From assembly GCA_951406725.2 (NCBI GenBank), contig OX597816.1, positions 66,774,001 to 66,838,000 on the forward strand: 64,000 bases of DNA, written 5' to 3'. The translations under genes and the position numbers were made by a program. Every line of letters begins with the position of its first letter. The first letter of the stretch is position 1. The DNA comes from Octopus vulgaris (Eukaryota). The notes below the pieces were generated by a model. It did not search any database. It was not told the DNA's origin and saw only the letters and a list, made by a program, of their open reading frames with translations. Positions 1 to 12,714 of this stretch are shown here, in pieces.

Positions 1-906
1 GAGTAGGATAATGTCAGTGTGTGTGTTGTGGTAGTAGTGACAGTTAGGCTAATTGGTGCTACTTCCATACAAATATATTTTGAGTACATACATGGCTTGT
101 TTCACTAGATAGCATGCATGCATATGTGTGTGTGTGTGTGTGTGTATGTGTAATATGTGTGCATGTGTCTGCAAGTGCATGTGTGTATATCAATATGTGT
201 GAGTGTATCTGTGAATGTGTGCATGTGTCAGCAAGTGCATGGGTGCACACACACATATCTGGCATACACAAGCATACCTAGTATAAGTATGTGTGTGTAC
301 GATTGCACACACACACACACACACTCAGTAGTTGTAAAAGACAGAAAGACAGATTAAGTAGCTAGTTCAATACCAGCAACATGATTGAATTCAAGCTGTA
401 CTATCACTGTGTAGTTTCTGAGCAAGGAACATGAAAAAATTCATTTCCCTCAGTTATAAAAAAAAAAAAAAAGAAATCCCCTCTCAATTTAGTTCCAGTT
501 AGTAGCACAGTAACAAAGTATATATACAAATATGACCATTTGCTTCTAAAATCTAATATGCAAATAACAGAATTTGCAAAACTAGGAAAAATAGAAGTAA
601 AATAATTAAATTCTTTGTTGTTGTTCTCTTTTTTTTTTTTAAAGTTATGTGGTTAGTAGTTAATATGTTGAAGAAGTAATTTTAAAAAGTTCTATTTTAA
701 CAACTTTGTGTTACACTATATATTATAAATGTCTTCTTTTTTTTTTCGCCGAAATCAGAAGATGAGGAGCTGCACTTCCAGGCTTTGTAGGCTCTCCCAG
801 ACAATTACTACACAATGTACAAAACTCAAGCATAACTGTGCGGTTGAAAGTTTATTTAGCAACCAAACAATCAAGCCTGCAGTTTGATATATGCATATAT
901 ATATAT

Positions 907-1232
907 AAACAATTGCAGCGTGGAAGGTGTTTATAAGCCATTTAAGAAACACACAAAATCCAAAAGATTCACTTCAACATTTAAATTTCATTTGTCAAAA
1001 TATTTTCGTTGCTTTGAGACCGCGACCTGTTCATTGACAAAACATCAGAGATGAAGCACAAAGTTTTGTCAAAGCGACGAAAATATTTTGACAAATTAAA
1101 TTTAAATGTTGAAGTGAATCTAACGGATTTTGTGTGTTTCTAAAATGGCTTATAAACACCTTCCGCACTGCAATTGTTTTTGTTCCAGCACACAATCTCA
1201 GATCAGGTCATTTGCTATGCAAGTACATCTCC

Positions 1233-1238
<6 letters not shown>
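907..1238. mobile_element. Foldback Penelope-like/retrozyme-like insert in (TA)n with minimal hammerhead motif (copy 1)
   Basis: Inverted arms ~907-1018 and ~1069-1179; hammerhead-like fold on minus strand 991-1041; flanked by TA repeats. Confidence 0.6.
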
Positions 1239-1276
<38 letters not shown>

Positions 1277-1281
<5 letters not shown>

Positions 1282-1563
1282 AATTGCAGCATGGCAGGTG
1301 CTTATAAGCCATTTAAAAACACACAAAAACCATCAGATTCACTTCAATATTTAAATTTAATTTGTCAAAATAGTTTCGTTGCTTTGAAACTGCGACCTGT
1401 CCACCGACAAAATTCTGTGCTGCATCTGCATTTTGTCAGTGAACAGGTCATGGTTTTTGTGTTTTTAAATGGCTTATAAACACCTTCACACTGCAATTGT
1501 TTTTGTTTCAGCACAAAATCTCAGATCAAGTCACTTGCTATGCAAGTACATCTCGGTAATAAC
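1277..1563. mobile_element. Second copy of the same foldback element
   Basis: Same AAACAATTGCAGC start and ...GCAAGTACATCTC end; different internal deletion; motif at 1361-1411 (-) and partial motif at 1431-1450 (+). Confidence 0.6.
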
Positions 1564-1566
1564 ATA

Positions 1567-1613
1567 CAGTAGTACCTCAGTTTTCGAACAACTCTGATCT
1601 TGAATAAATTGTG

Positions 1614-1666
<53 letters not shown>

Positions 1667-1751
1667 CATACATACATTACATTGACAGATAGATGCAGAT
1701 ATATATAAAGCATGATTTATTTGTGATCAGAGCATTTGTAAACCAAGGTTC

Positions 1752-1756
<5 letters not shown>
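1567..1756. mobile_element. Tc1/mariner-pogo (Tigger-like) MITE
   Basis: Imperfect TIRs CAGTAGTACCTCAGTTTTCGAA / TTTGTAAACCAAGGTTCTACT, TA flanks. Confidence 0.5.
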
Positions 1757-1795
<39 letters not shown>

Positions 1796-2226
1796 GACCC
1801 TCCATGTTTGTTTTCATTCAGTTTTCTTGTATGTCTCCACTGTCATGTTTTTGTTCCCAACTTTGATCCTCCATAAATCATAAATTTTATTTAAGAATTC
1901 ATGGGAGCAACTGTCTTTGAAAACTTATTGTCATTGAATGCTTGAAATGAGGAGTAGATAGACAGCCAACAACTGATGAAGGGTCCTTTCTCTGTGTTTA
2001 CTTGTCCAGTTCTTTATTTTTCTCATTTATGTATTTAGCATGTTTGTTTAAGTATTTCATGTAGTTTGAACTGTTGGTGATGTCCTGTACCCAATATATA
2101 TATAGACATATATAGTTTAAGTCATAAGAAATTAAAAAGTTTGGAAGACAAAAAATAAATTGTTTTTTAACAGTGGAATTTGAGGTTGATAAAGTTATAA
2201 ATAATAGTATCTAAGTATTGGGTTGT

Positions 2227-2505
2227 GGAGGCAAATGACCTAGTGGTTAGAGCAGCAGACTCATGGTCGAAGGGTCACAGGTTCAAATCTCAGACCAAGC
2301 GATGTGTGTATTTTTGAGCGAAACACCTAAGCTCCATGCAAACTTCTGCTGTCTCTTTCGTCACAACTTTCTCTCACTCTTTCCTCCTGCATCTTGCAGC
2401 TCACCTGCGACAGGACCGGCGTCCCGTTGAGGGGGATAACCTATATGCCAAAGAAACTGGGAAACCAGCCCTAATAAGCCAGTGTGGCTTGAGAAGGAAC
2501 AAGCA
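2227..2505 (+). mobile_element. tRNA-derived SINE family B (V-domain-like body)
   Basis: GGAGGC..TAGTGGTTAGAGC (A box) and GGTTCAAATC (B box); AAGTATTGG on both sides as TSD. Confidence 0.75.
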
Positions 2506-2555
2506 AGTATTGGATAGAAAAAAGTTTGACCCAATATTTATGCACTGTAAGGCAA

Positions 2556-2752
2556 TAAACTGGTGGAATTGTTAGCAAAATGCTTTGCAGCATTTGTTCC
2601 GTCTTTATGTTCTGAGTTCAAATTTCACCAAGGTCAATTTTTTTTTTTTAGAGATGGGGGTGATAAATTAAGAACCAGCTGAACACTGGGTCAATGTAAT
2701 CAACTTATCCCGCTTTCTGAAATTGCTGGTCTTGTGCAAAAATTTGAAATTA
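2556..2752 (+). mobile_element. Degraded SINE family C (Nin/Deu-domain-like)
   Basis: Similar to the reverse complement of the copies at 7297 and 18585. Confidence 0.55.
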
Positions 2753-4188
2753 ATATTTATACATTGTTATTTATAGCTTTATTTACTTCAAGTTTCACCA
2801 TTAAAAACATTTTATACACAAACACACGTATTTCTGTATGTATGTGTGTGCATACGTGTGAAAGTTGTTGCCATGAGCCCTCGTTAATACTGCCTCAATG
2901 AAAAATGGTCTTTGTTTAGACTCCTTCACTTTTTGGTAAGCAAACATCCCCAAATTTCACTTTCAAAGTATAAGGACTAATGGAAAGTTCCTTACTTGGA
3001 AAATTAGTAAAGGTTGGGTGACAGAGAGAGCATCCAACTATAGAAAATCTACCTTAATAAGTTTCATCTAACCCAGATCAGCATGGAAAAGAAAATACAG
3101 ACATAGAAACAAATGAATAATGATGAAACAAAGCACACCACAATAAAACTGGACGAATGGGAAATTCTTCTAGCATGTGGTTGATTAAATTGAATAAATC
3201 AAACTGTTCACCTTGCGTTAAACTCATACAGCCATGGGCTAATGAGAGAGCTTGTGCTTTTCTCTATTCTTTACATTGGAATGGTCTATAATACAGAATT
3301 TTTCTATGCTATCAATTTTGCTGTCAATGGCAGTATTTGGTTATAATCCTTTACATTCTGAGATCAAATCCTATCCATAACAAAACCGGCTTCCATCTTT
3401 TTGAGGTCTATAAAACACAGTAAATGTCTCTAATCTGGTACTTGAATAACTGGAACTCTCAAGTATCAGACACCCAGAAAGAAAAATAAAAGAAAATATG
3501 TTGTTAATTAGAGTCAAGAGAATTTGAGCTAATTGGTGTTAATTAATTAATTGTCATTGAAAGAATGTTTCTACTCTATCTAAAATGGATCATTGCTTTT
3601 CAAAATATAGTAGAAGTATTTTATTTTACTGCATTGACAGTACCTGTATTTAGATTAATAAAAACATCTTTCCCTGGCCCCTGAGAATAGTAGCAGTCCA
3701 ATGAAATCAGTAAAATAATATATATAAATACATGGAGTTAGGAATGGCATCCAGCCGTAGAATTCATGCCGAAGCAGACAGGAGAGCATGCTGCAGTCTT
3801 CTGACTTGTTAGATCCTATTGAACTACCAAACCCATACAAGCATGGAAAACGGATGTTTGATGACGACGATGATGATGATGCATACATACATACATACAT
3901 ACATACATACACAGAATGTGTTGTAATAATTGTTAGCTTTTATAATTATCCTAGTGTCCTATCCTTCAGTAAGGTGCCTAACTTTGCTTGCTCCAGATTC
4001 TTTGAGGAGATAAAGATAAAAAAAAAAAAGCTCTATTCCAATTTTGTGATTAAGAGGTCACTAGTAAGAAGGACATCAAGCTGCACAGAAATCCAACTCC
4101 CACCCTTAGCAACATAAGAGAATGAAAAACTGCATATATTTGTGTGCATGTGTTGTATACATATATACATACATACACACACACACAC

Positions 4189-4223
<35 letters not shown>

Positions 4224-4287
4224 CATATACATATATATACTTATATATACATATATATATATATATAGACATATATATAGACATATA

Positions 4288-4343
<56 letters not shown>

Positions 4344-4386
4344 CACATATATAGACATATACATATATATATATATACATATACAC

Positions 4387-5327
4387 ATCATCATCATCAT
4401 CATCATCATCATTTAGCGTCCGTTTTCCATGCTAGCATGGGTTGGACAGTTTAACTGGGGTCTGTGAAGCCGGAAGGCTTCATCAGGCCCAGTCAGATTT
4501 GGCAGTGTTTCTACGGCTGGATGCCCTTCCTAACGCCAACCACTCCGCGAGTGTAGTGGGTGTTTTTTACGTGCCACCTGCACAGGTGCCAGACAGAGCT
4601 GGCGAACGGCCACGAACGGATGGTGTTTTTACGTGTCACCGGCACGGGGCCAGGCAATGCTGGCAACGGACACGAACGGATGGTGCTTTTACGTGCCACC
4701 GACACGGGGCCAGACAGAGCTGGCAAACGGCCACGAATGGACGGTGCTTTTACGTGTCACCTGCACGGGGGCCAGCCGAGGCTGGCTACGAACACGAACG
4801 GATGGTGCTTTTACGTGCCACCGACACGGGGCCAGACAGAGCTGGCAAACGGCCACGAATGGACGGTGCTTTTACGTGTCACCTGCACGGGGGCCAGCCG
4901 AGGCTGGCTACGAACACGAACGGATGGTGCTTTTACGTGCCACCGACACGGGGCCAGACAGAGCTGGCAAACGGCCACGAACAGGACGGTACTTTTACGT
5001 GTCACCTGCACGGGGGGCCAGCCGAGGCTGGCAACAAACACGGGATGGTGCTTTTACGTGCCACGGACACGGGGCCAGACAGAGCTGGCAAACGGCCACG
5101 AACGGACGGTGCTTTTACGTGTCACCGGCACGGGGGCCAGCCGAGGCTGGCAACGAACACGAACGGATGGTGCTTTTACGTGCCACGGACACGGGGCCAG
5201 ACAGAGCTGGCAAACGGCCACGAACGGACGGTGCTTTTACGTGTCACCGGCACGGGGGCCAGCCGAGGCTGGCAACGGACACGAACGGACGGTGCTTTGT
5301 GTCCGTTGCCAGCCTCGGCTGGCCCCC
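4387..5327 (-). mobile_element. 5'-truncated RTE LINE 3' UTR with expanded VNTR and terminal inversion
   Basis: (CAT)n tail, then the same terminal sequence as the RTE end at 62640-62811; ~122-bp dimeric repeats ~4560-5290; 29-bp perfect foldback 5254-5282 / 5299-5327. Confidence 0.85.
4560..5295. repeat. Minisatellite, ~122-bp unit made of two ~61-bp subunits
   Basis: TGGTGCTTTT recurs at 4681, 4803, 4925, 5046 and 5168; each subunit carries a GCCAG..CTGGC hairpin. Confidence 0.9.
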
Positions 5328-6061
5328 AGACATATACATATATACACATATATATATATATATATATGCACACACACACACACATATACACATATATATA
5401 TATATACACACATACACGTGTGTGTGTGCGCATATGTATATATGAAAGAGAGATAATTATGTCATGGAAGAAATATGATAGCCTTTTAAAACAGTTAAAT
5501 ATTTAAACGGCTATCATGTGACTATCATATAATTGTCGCAGTGTATGCAGTCTCAGGTCAAGTCATTTGTGAAAAACAAGTACAATTCATATCATCATCG
5601 CCATTTTAACATCTCCTTTTCCATGCTTCCATGGGTTAGACAAGAGCATGTCAAGGCAGAGTTTTCTACAGGGAGGATGCCTTTCCAGTCACTGACTGCC
5701 CTCAACCTGTTTCCAAGTGGGGCAATAATTTCTCAGTCTCTCGCACAATAAACAACTTGTACAGGCTTACATAGGGAATTGGAAACACTGAAACAAGCCT
5801 TTTGTTTACAAAGATCATGCAGCGTACTGAAACATTTCTATGAGCCTGCATGTGTTTTTATAGTGAACTTAAAAGAAAGTGACACCCTTGGTGAAGCCAT
5901 TGTTTACAATCAATGATTGAAACATGGAGACATGAGAGAAATATGAAACTACGCACATGCACAAACACATATAAAAAGAAAAACAACACACACACACATA
6001 TAAATAGAAAAATACACATACATACACACACGTGTGCACATATATATATATATATATATAT

Positions 6062-6337
6062 CACCGTGACCGACCAGGCTATCAGATGTTGCTACACATC
6101 GCTGATCACAATGCACTTCACATTGTTTTAGCCTTCAAATGATGCCGCCCCACTGGCTAAGTGAGCAGGCCAACAGAAGAAAGAGTGAGAGAAAGTTGTG
6201 GTGAAAGTGTACAGCAGGGATCGCCACCACCCCCTGCTGGAGCTTAGTGGAGCTTTAGGTGTTCTCGCTCAATAAACACTTACAACGCCCAGTCTTGGAA
6301 TCGAAACTGCGATCCTAACCACTGGGCCATTGCACCT
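6062..6337 (-). mobile_element. SINE family B head/body with an alternative 3' tail
   Basis: Body matches 34503 and 49770 up to CTCACTCTTTCTTC, then an unrelated tail. Confidence 0.7.
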
Positions 6338-6378
<41 letters not shown>

Positions 6379-6709
6379 TATATAATACACACACACAAGG
6401 GGCTTCTTTCAGTTTCTGTTTGCAAAATCCACTGACAAGGATTTGGTCAGTCTAAAGCTTGAGAAGGAATTTGGTCAAGATGCTACACAGTAGGACCAGA
6501 CCCTTAACTACTTAGATGGATCCCACTGTTTACACACACACACACACACACACACATGAATGATTTCAAACTCACCAGCATGTTGCATGAAACCTATATA
6601 TAGAAAATAATCTGGTTTATCAACTCACACTTACAACCGACTACAAACTTTTAGCATACTACATATTGAGAATTTTGCCTTTTTTGCAGGGAAACACAAA
6701 TACTGTTTA

Positions 6710-7007
6710 AGCACAAGTTTGGCTGTATGGTAAGAAGTTTGCTTGCCAATCACATGGTTCTGGGTTCAGCCTCACTGCAATGCACTTTGGGCAAATGTCT
6801 TCTATAGCTTTAAGCCAACCAAAACCTTGTCAAAGGATCTGGTAGGTGGAAACTGAAAGAAGCCTGTCGTATGTGTTTGTGTGTGTGTGAGGCTGATAGG
6901 ATAAGTACCAAGCTTTAAAAAAAAGTACTGAGGTTGATTCCTTTGATTAAAAATTCTTCAAAGTAGTGTGCCCCAGCAAGGCTGCAGTCTAATGATCGAA
7001 ACAAGAC
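6710..7007 (+). mobile_element. Degraded SINE family A
   Basis: GGCTGTATGGTAAGAAG head and CTTTGGGCAAATGTCTT CORE-like segment. Confidence 0.65.
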
Positions 7008-7296
7008 ATACAAACACACACACACACAAACACATTTTCATTGTATGTAAACATACGTACATAAATTTATGTTTTGTAAATATCAATGCATAAATACGTA
7101 ACTACATACAAACCAGTGCCACCTGACTGGCACCCATGCTGGTGGCACATAAAAAGCACCACTGAAGTGTGGGTTGATGCCAGTGCCACCTGACTGGCTC
7201 CCCATGCCAGTGGCACGTGAAAAGCACCATCTGAACGTGGCTGATGCCAGTGCCGCCTGACTGGCTCCTATGCTGGTGGCATGTAATAAGTACCTA

Positions 7297-7525
7297 TTTC
7301 TTTCCTACCCACAAGGGGCTAAACACAGAGATGACAAACAAGGACAGACAAACGGATTAAGTCGATTATATCAACTCCAGAGCGTAACTGGTACTTAATT
7401 TATTGACTCTGAAAGGATGAAAGGCAAAGTCGACCTCGGCGGAATTTGAACTCACAACATAATGGCAGACGAAATACCGCTAAGCATTTCGGCCGGCGTG
7501 CTAACGTTTCTGCCAGCTTGCCGCA
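7297..7525 (-). mobile_element. SINE family C (tRNA head + Nin/Deu-like domain) nested in an RTE VNTR remnant (7113-7575)
   Basis: Minus strand GCCTTTCATCCTTTC..GTCAATAAATTAAGTACCAG; TSD GCATGTAATAAGTACC. Confidence 0.8.
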
Positions 7526-7859
7526 TGTAATAAGTACCATGCGAGCGTGGTCGATGCCAGTGCCATCTGACTGAGCCTGTTCGTTATCATCACCATCATT
7601 TAGCACCCAGCTTCCATTCTGGATTTGACAGTTGGACAAAGTCTGCCAAATCAGAAGACTGTCATACATCAATGTCTACTTTGGCATGGTTTTTACAGCA
7701 GCATGTCCTTCCTAATGCCAACCACTCACCTTAGTGAGCTGGGTGCTTTTTTTCATGGCAGCTGCGCTAGTGATGATCACCTCATAATGTTCAAGGCTAA
7801 GGCCTTAAAATTCACCCCCATAACTGAGAGAGAGCAGAGTGGGCAATGATCCTAGATGA

Positions 7860-8382
7860 AGGAATGAGGGATGATAAATAAGAGGAGGGGATGGGGAAGC
7901 ATAGCAGGGAACAATGAAGGAGGGAAGGGATTAGTGACAGGGCTGAGAAAAAGGAAAGGATAGAATAAGAAAAGTCATAGGGTGGATTGTGTAAGCGGGT
8001 GGTAGTCTAGTGCTCTCCAACATTTCAAGAAGTGAGTATGGACAGAAGGTGTGTGTATGTATACATACACACACACACAGAACCACAGAGTGGTGGATAA
8101 AATAGGTAAGTAAAAAAGTAGGAAGACAGACAGACATAGATAGACAGAGAGACAGATAGATAGACAGATAGATAGATAGATAGACAGACAGATAGATGGA
8201 TATATATAGATGGGTAGATAGATGGCTAAATAGATGGATAGATAGATAGACAAACAGACAGACAGCCAGATAGACAAAGAGGTGAGGTGAGTAGATAGGT
8301 ATGTAAGTAAATAAGTATGAAGGTAGATAGGTAAGTACATAGCCAAGTAAGTAGATAGACAAATATGTAAGTAGACAGAGAC

Positions 8383-8437
<55 letters not shown>

Positions 8438-8460
8438 CATACATACATACACACACATAT
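7860..8460. repeat. GA-rich, (GATA/GACA)n and (TA)n/(TG)n low-complexity block
   Basis: Visible directly in the sequence. Confidence 0.85.
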
Positions 8461-9059
8461 CTCTTATATATTTTGCACCTTGTGAACTCCAAGGAAATAT
8501 TCCTGATAGCTAGACAAGGGTTTCTCTAGATATTTTCGAGTATTCCATGAGCGAGCGTGCATTAAGAAAATAAACCCGTTAGGCCACAACCATAAAAACC
8601 AGAAGAAAAACAAAACAAAAAAGCAATAGTCTACAAAAAAGGAACAAAAAAATGTGAAGAATGACATAAGGTATGTGACAACTATGCAAAGTATTTCAAA
8701 GAGGGAGGCGGATGAGGAGGGGGAGGAGAGAGAGTGGTGAAGCAGCTGAGTGGGAGATGGTCACACAGAATAGATTCTTACTGACTTTTCACAATGAGTC
8801 TTTGATCTCCTCCTCCCGTGACATAAAACTATGCCTCCCATCATTGGGAGATCCAGTTCCACACAGACCATCTGATAACAGTGAACATTGATATTGCCGG
8901 AGATTAATACAACAAAACATATGCACTGGCACAGAATAGAAATAAACACCCAATACAAACCATATAAACACAGTAACATATTATACACACACACACATAC
9001 ACATATGTATGTATATGTACATATGTTTATTTCTATTTTGTGTCAGCACATGTTTTGCT

Positions 9060-9127
9060 TATATATATATATATATATATATATGCATGCATGCACACAC
9101 ATATACACACGCAGATACACACATACA

Positions 9128-9164
<37 letters not shown>

Positions 9165-9390
9165 GCACACATATACACACGCAGATACACATACATTAAT
9201 ATATATATATATATACATGCACACACATATACACATGCAGATACACACATACATTAAGATATATATACATGCACACACATATACACACGCAGATACACAC
9301 ATACATTAATATATATATACATGCACACATATATACAGACACATGCATAAATATATACACAAAAACACAAATATACATAGACATATATAC
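9060..9390. repeat. Compound minisatellite (GCACACACATATACACACGCAGATACACACATACATTAA(TA)n, about 5 units)
   Basis: Visible directly in the sequence. Confidence 0.8.
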
Positions 9391-9710
9391 AGGCATACTT
9401 TTATTTGTTTCAATCATTTGACCTTGACCAGACTGGAGCACACTGTCTTTGGTAGTATTATTCATTCAAATCGATGTCAATACTTATAAATCTGATACTA
9501 ATTCTATCAGTTGCTGTTGTTTACATCCCGACAGCTGGTGTTTTGCACAGATGTAAACAAACCTACAGTGACCGTCAAATAGTGAGAGACAAAGACAAAC
9601 AGGCACGCACACACACACAGAGGTAAATGTATGCGTGTGTGTATAATATATATATATATATATATATATAACCCATGCTAGCATGGAAAGCGGACGTTAA
9701 ACGATGATGA

Positions 9711-9745
<35 letters not shown>

Positions 9746-9779
9746 TGGGTAGGTAGACACAAGCATAAATATGCACATT

Positions 9780-9960
9780 ATCATCTGGCCACACAGCTTG
9801 TACGGATTCCCGTGACTGTCGCCATCCAATTCTATTGTTTATCATGTTTGGCTGCTGAGAGGAATTGCAGTTTATGTTGTCACAAATCTGCTCATCATCC
9901 TCTGCCAAGCTCTTCCTTGTGTGTAGGTTCCCACAACAGAACTTCACTTACAATTTCGTC
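9780..9960 (-). mobile_element. Old RTE-type LINE C-terminal fragment
   Basis: Minus strand reads ..EIVSEVLLWEPTH.. and ..MINNRIGWR.., resembling the end of RTE ORF2. Confidence 0.45.
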
Positions 9961-10123
9961 TTTTAGCACATTATACATAAATGTATATATACATATTTGC
10001 ATAAGTATACGCACACACATACAAGCGTTTTATACATAATTACATAAACAAAAATTAGCTAAGAGAAATAACCCAGAGAAGTCAGTGACATGTATCTGAA
10101 CGTATATATATATATATATATAT

Positions 10124-10443
10124 AGGTGCAGGAGTGACTGCATGGTAAGTAGCTTGCTTACGAACCACATGGTTGCGGGTTCAGTCCCACTGCGTGGCAC
10201 CTTGGGCAAGTGTCTTCTACTATAGCCTCGAGCCGACCAAAGCCTTGTGAGTGGATTTGGTAGACAGAAACTGAAAGAGGTCTGTCGTATATATGTATGT
10301 ATGTATATATGTGCATGTGTGTGTGTGTGTTTGTCCCCCCAACATTACTTGACAACCGATGCTGCTGTGTTTACGTCCCCGTCACTTAGTGGCTCGCCAA
10401 AAGAGCCCGATAGAATAAGTACTAGGCTTACAAAGAATAAGTC

Positions 10444-10445
<2 letters not shown>
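10124..10445 (+). mobile_element. SINE family A (tRNA head, CORE-like segment, internal microsatellite), 3'-truncated
   Basis: GGTGCAGGAGTG..GGGTTCAGTCCC..CACCTTGGGCAAGTGTCTT. Confidence 0.85.
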
Positions 10446-10485
<40 letters not shown>

Positions 10486-12198
10486 GAAAACTGGCCTCAC
10501 AATGTTTCATCTAACTGAAATGAGAACAAAGAACTAGGACACTGGCAACACCCACTGCTAGAGAAAATTTGCCCACCCATTCAAGCATAGTGAAGCCAAC
10601 ATTAAAAATGGTAAATTCCAAAAATTAAGCAGAAACACAACAAAGGAACAAAAAGAAAATTCACACACAAGACACAGACATTGCTTTTTCTTCATCAGTT
10701 ATTGAAAAAAATTCTTACAATGTTATGCTTTTGGTATAGAGGCCAGAAGCTTTACTATGTATGTATCTGTGTGAGTGCATGTGTATATGCACAAATTTGG
10801 GTCTCTCAGCCAATATGTCTGTCATGTCAATAACCCAACCCAGTCTTTGATATCCCCTTACCTTCCTATTACTCATCTCCATTTTGTATCTACCGTCATT
10901 CTCTTGTAACTTGCCTCTCCCCCATCTTGATTCTTCTTCTGTCATTGCTCCCACTTCTCTTCATCTCCTTAGACATTGCACCTTGAGGGAACAAACACAT
11001 CGGAGAATAGTGAGGACTCCCTAGTCAGGTAGGATACAAAGCAAATTCACTGGTGTTGGCACCATAATAAAATGCACCAAATAAACTCAATAAAAGATTT
11101 GGTGAATGACAGAAGACAATGTAGGATCAAGAGGGCAATGACAAACCAGTGCTGGTGCCATAAAAAATCCATCCAATACATTCCATGAAGGACTCGGCGA
11201 TAGAATAGGTAACTAATCATAGAAACCAAGCCAAAAATGAAACAGACAAGCAAGATGTGGTCTTCTAGTCCATCTAGATGACTGACTCCAAATATGAACC
11301 GACTTCCACGCTAACAACCTATCTAACCCTGTATGGCAAGTGGATATTAAGTGATGATGATATAAAAAAATATGTGTGCATTTGCACACATATACACTAT
11401 ATCCATTCATTTGCTGGTCAAGAACCAGGATAGGTTCATGATAACAGAGATTGAGTGATTAGAATGAACTGGTGGACAACAGTGGGTGATGGGTGTTGTT
11501 AACAAGTGGTGTAGGGAAGAGAGAGTGGTGACTGACATTAGAGAGGGAGATGTCACTGAGTGCAAACAACTCCAATGTAAACCTTTATATATAAGCCTCA
11601 TAGTGGGAGAGAGAGAGAGGAAAGTGACAAGGTGTGTGTGGGGTGGCTGTATACTGATAAGTCCAATCGCATCATGCTTTATATAGGCAGTGTGGTATAA
11701 AAGGAGAGACCTGCTGCCACTCAACAGTATAACATAGTGAACAGAAGAGAGTGAGTGATGGAAAGATGAATGATTCACACATACACAAACACACACACTT
11801 TGGAATCTGATATCAACACAGGGCCAGAATTGTTTAAAAATAGAAATATAATTGATTAACTTTACTGTTGGTTGACATAATATTCAATGTTGAATAAATA
11901 CAGTCACATGTAATGGAGACCTATGTAAAAGAAAAAAAAAATCCATAGCCACACCTACATACACACATGCAACCATGCGGAAGTCAACGCTGAAATTTAT
12001 TTAGTTGAAAATCTGAAGAATGAAGAGCAGTCTTGTCTCAACATAGTCACCTATACCCACCTTCAAAATCTGTGGCTTTATGTGAATATTAAGTTAGGGG
12101 TAGGGAACTCTTTGCGTGTGAGTGACATTTTACTTGCATTTATATTTGAAATTACCCACACACAAAATCTCTACAAGCCTAAATGTAAAAATATATTC

Positions 12199-12436
12199 TT
12201 GTTTGTTCCTTCTCGAGCCACGCCTGGCTCATAGGGCTGGTTTCCCGGTTTCCTTGGCGTATGGGTTCCCCACCTGGACGGGACACCAGTCTGCCGCAGG
12301 TGAGCTGCAAGATGCAGGAGGTAAGAGTGAGAGAAAGTTGTGGCGAAAGAGTCAGCAGAAGTTCACCATTACCTTCTGCCAGAGCCGCGTGGAGCTTAGG
12401 TGTTTCGCTCATAAATACACACATCGCCTGGTCTGA
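12199..12436 (-). mobile_element. SINE family B, 5'-truncated
   Basis: TSD GTAAAAATATAT on both sides. Confidence 0.8.
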
Positions 12437-12714
12437 GTAAAAATATATAAAATACCAAAATGTTTTCTTTAAATGGTTTAAATCTACAGGCCAAAACTAA
12501 TTTAATATATATCACATACCCATGAATTTGTAAAATAAAAGATTCAATATCTTTTAGCTATAGATGTGTCCCAAAAAGTTCTTATATGCAAGCATTTCCC
12601 CCCTAGTTTTAAGGAAAAAATAACTTCCTGGCTCTGCTCTAAGCTTTGTGATTTTTACTTTCATTACATTCAGTGAAAGTATTTTGTAATTTTTATAATT
12701 ATTCTATTCGAAAT

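Noticed and set aside
1975-1990. CTGATGAAGGG hammerhead-like word
   Set aside because: No helix II or GAAA downstream.
4442-5506. Three overlapping long ORFs (354, 298 and 270 aa)
   Set aside because: Stop-free GC-rich VNTR on the antisense strand of an RTE 3' UTR; the peptides rotate through frames.
9940-9955. Minus-strand GTAAGT donor suggesting a VGLL4 exon
   Set aside because: Lies inside an old RTE remnant, with no compatible open exon.
10124-10200. tRNA-like A/B boxes
   Set aside because: SINE heads that continue into SINE bodies, not tRNA genes.
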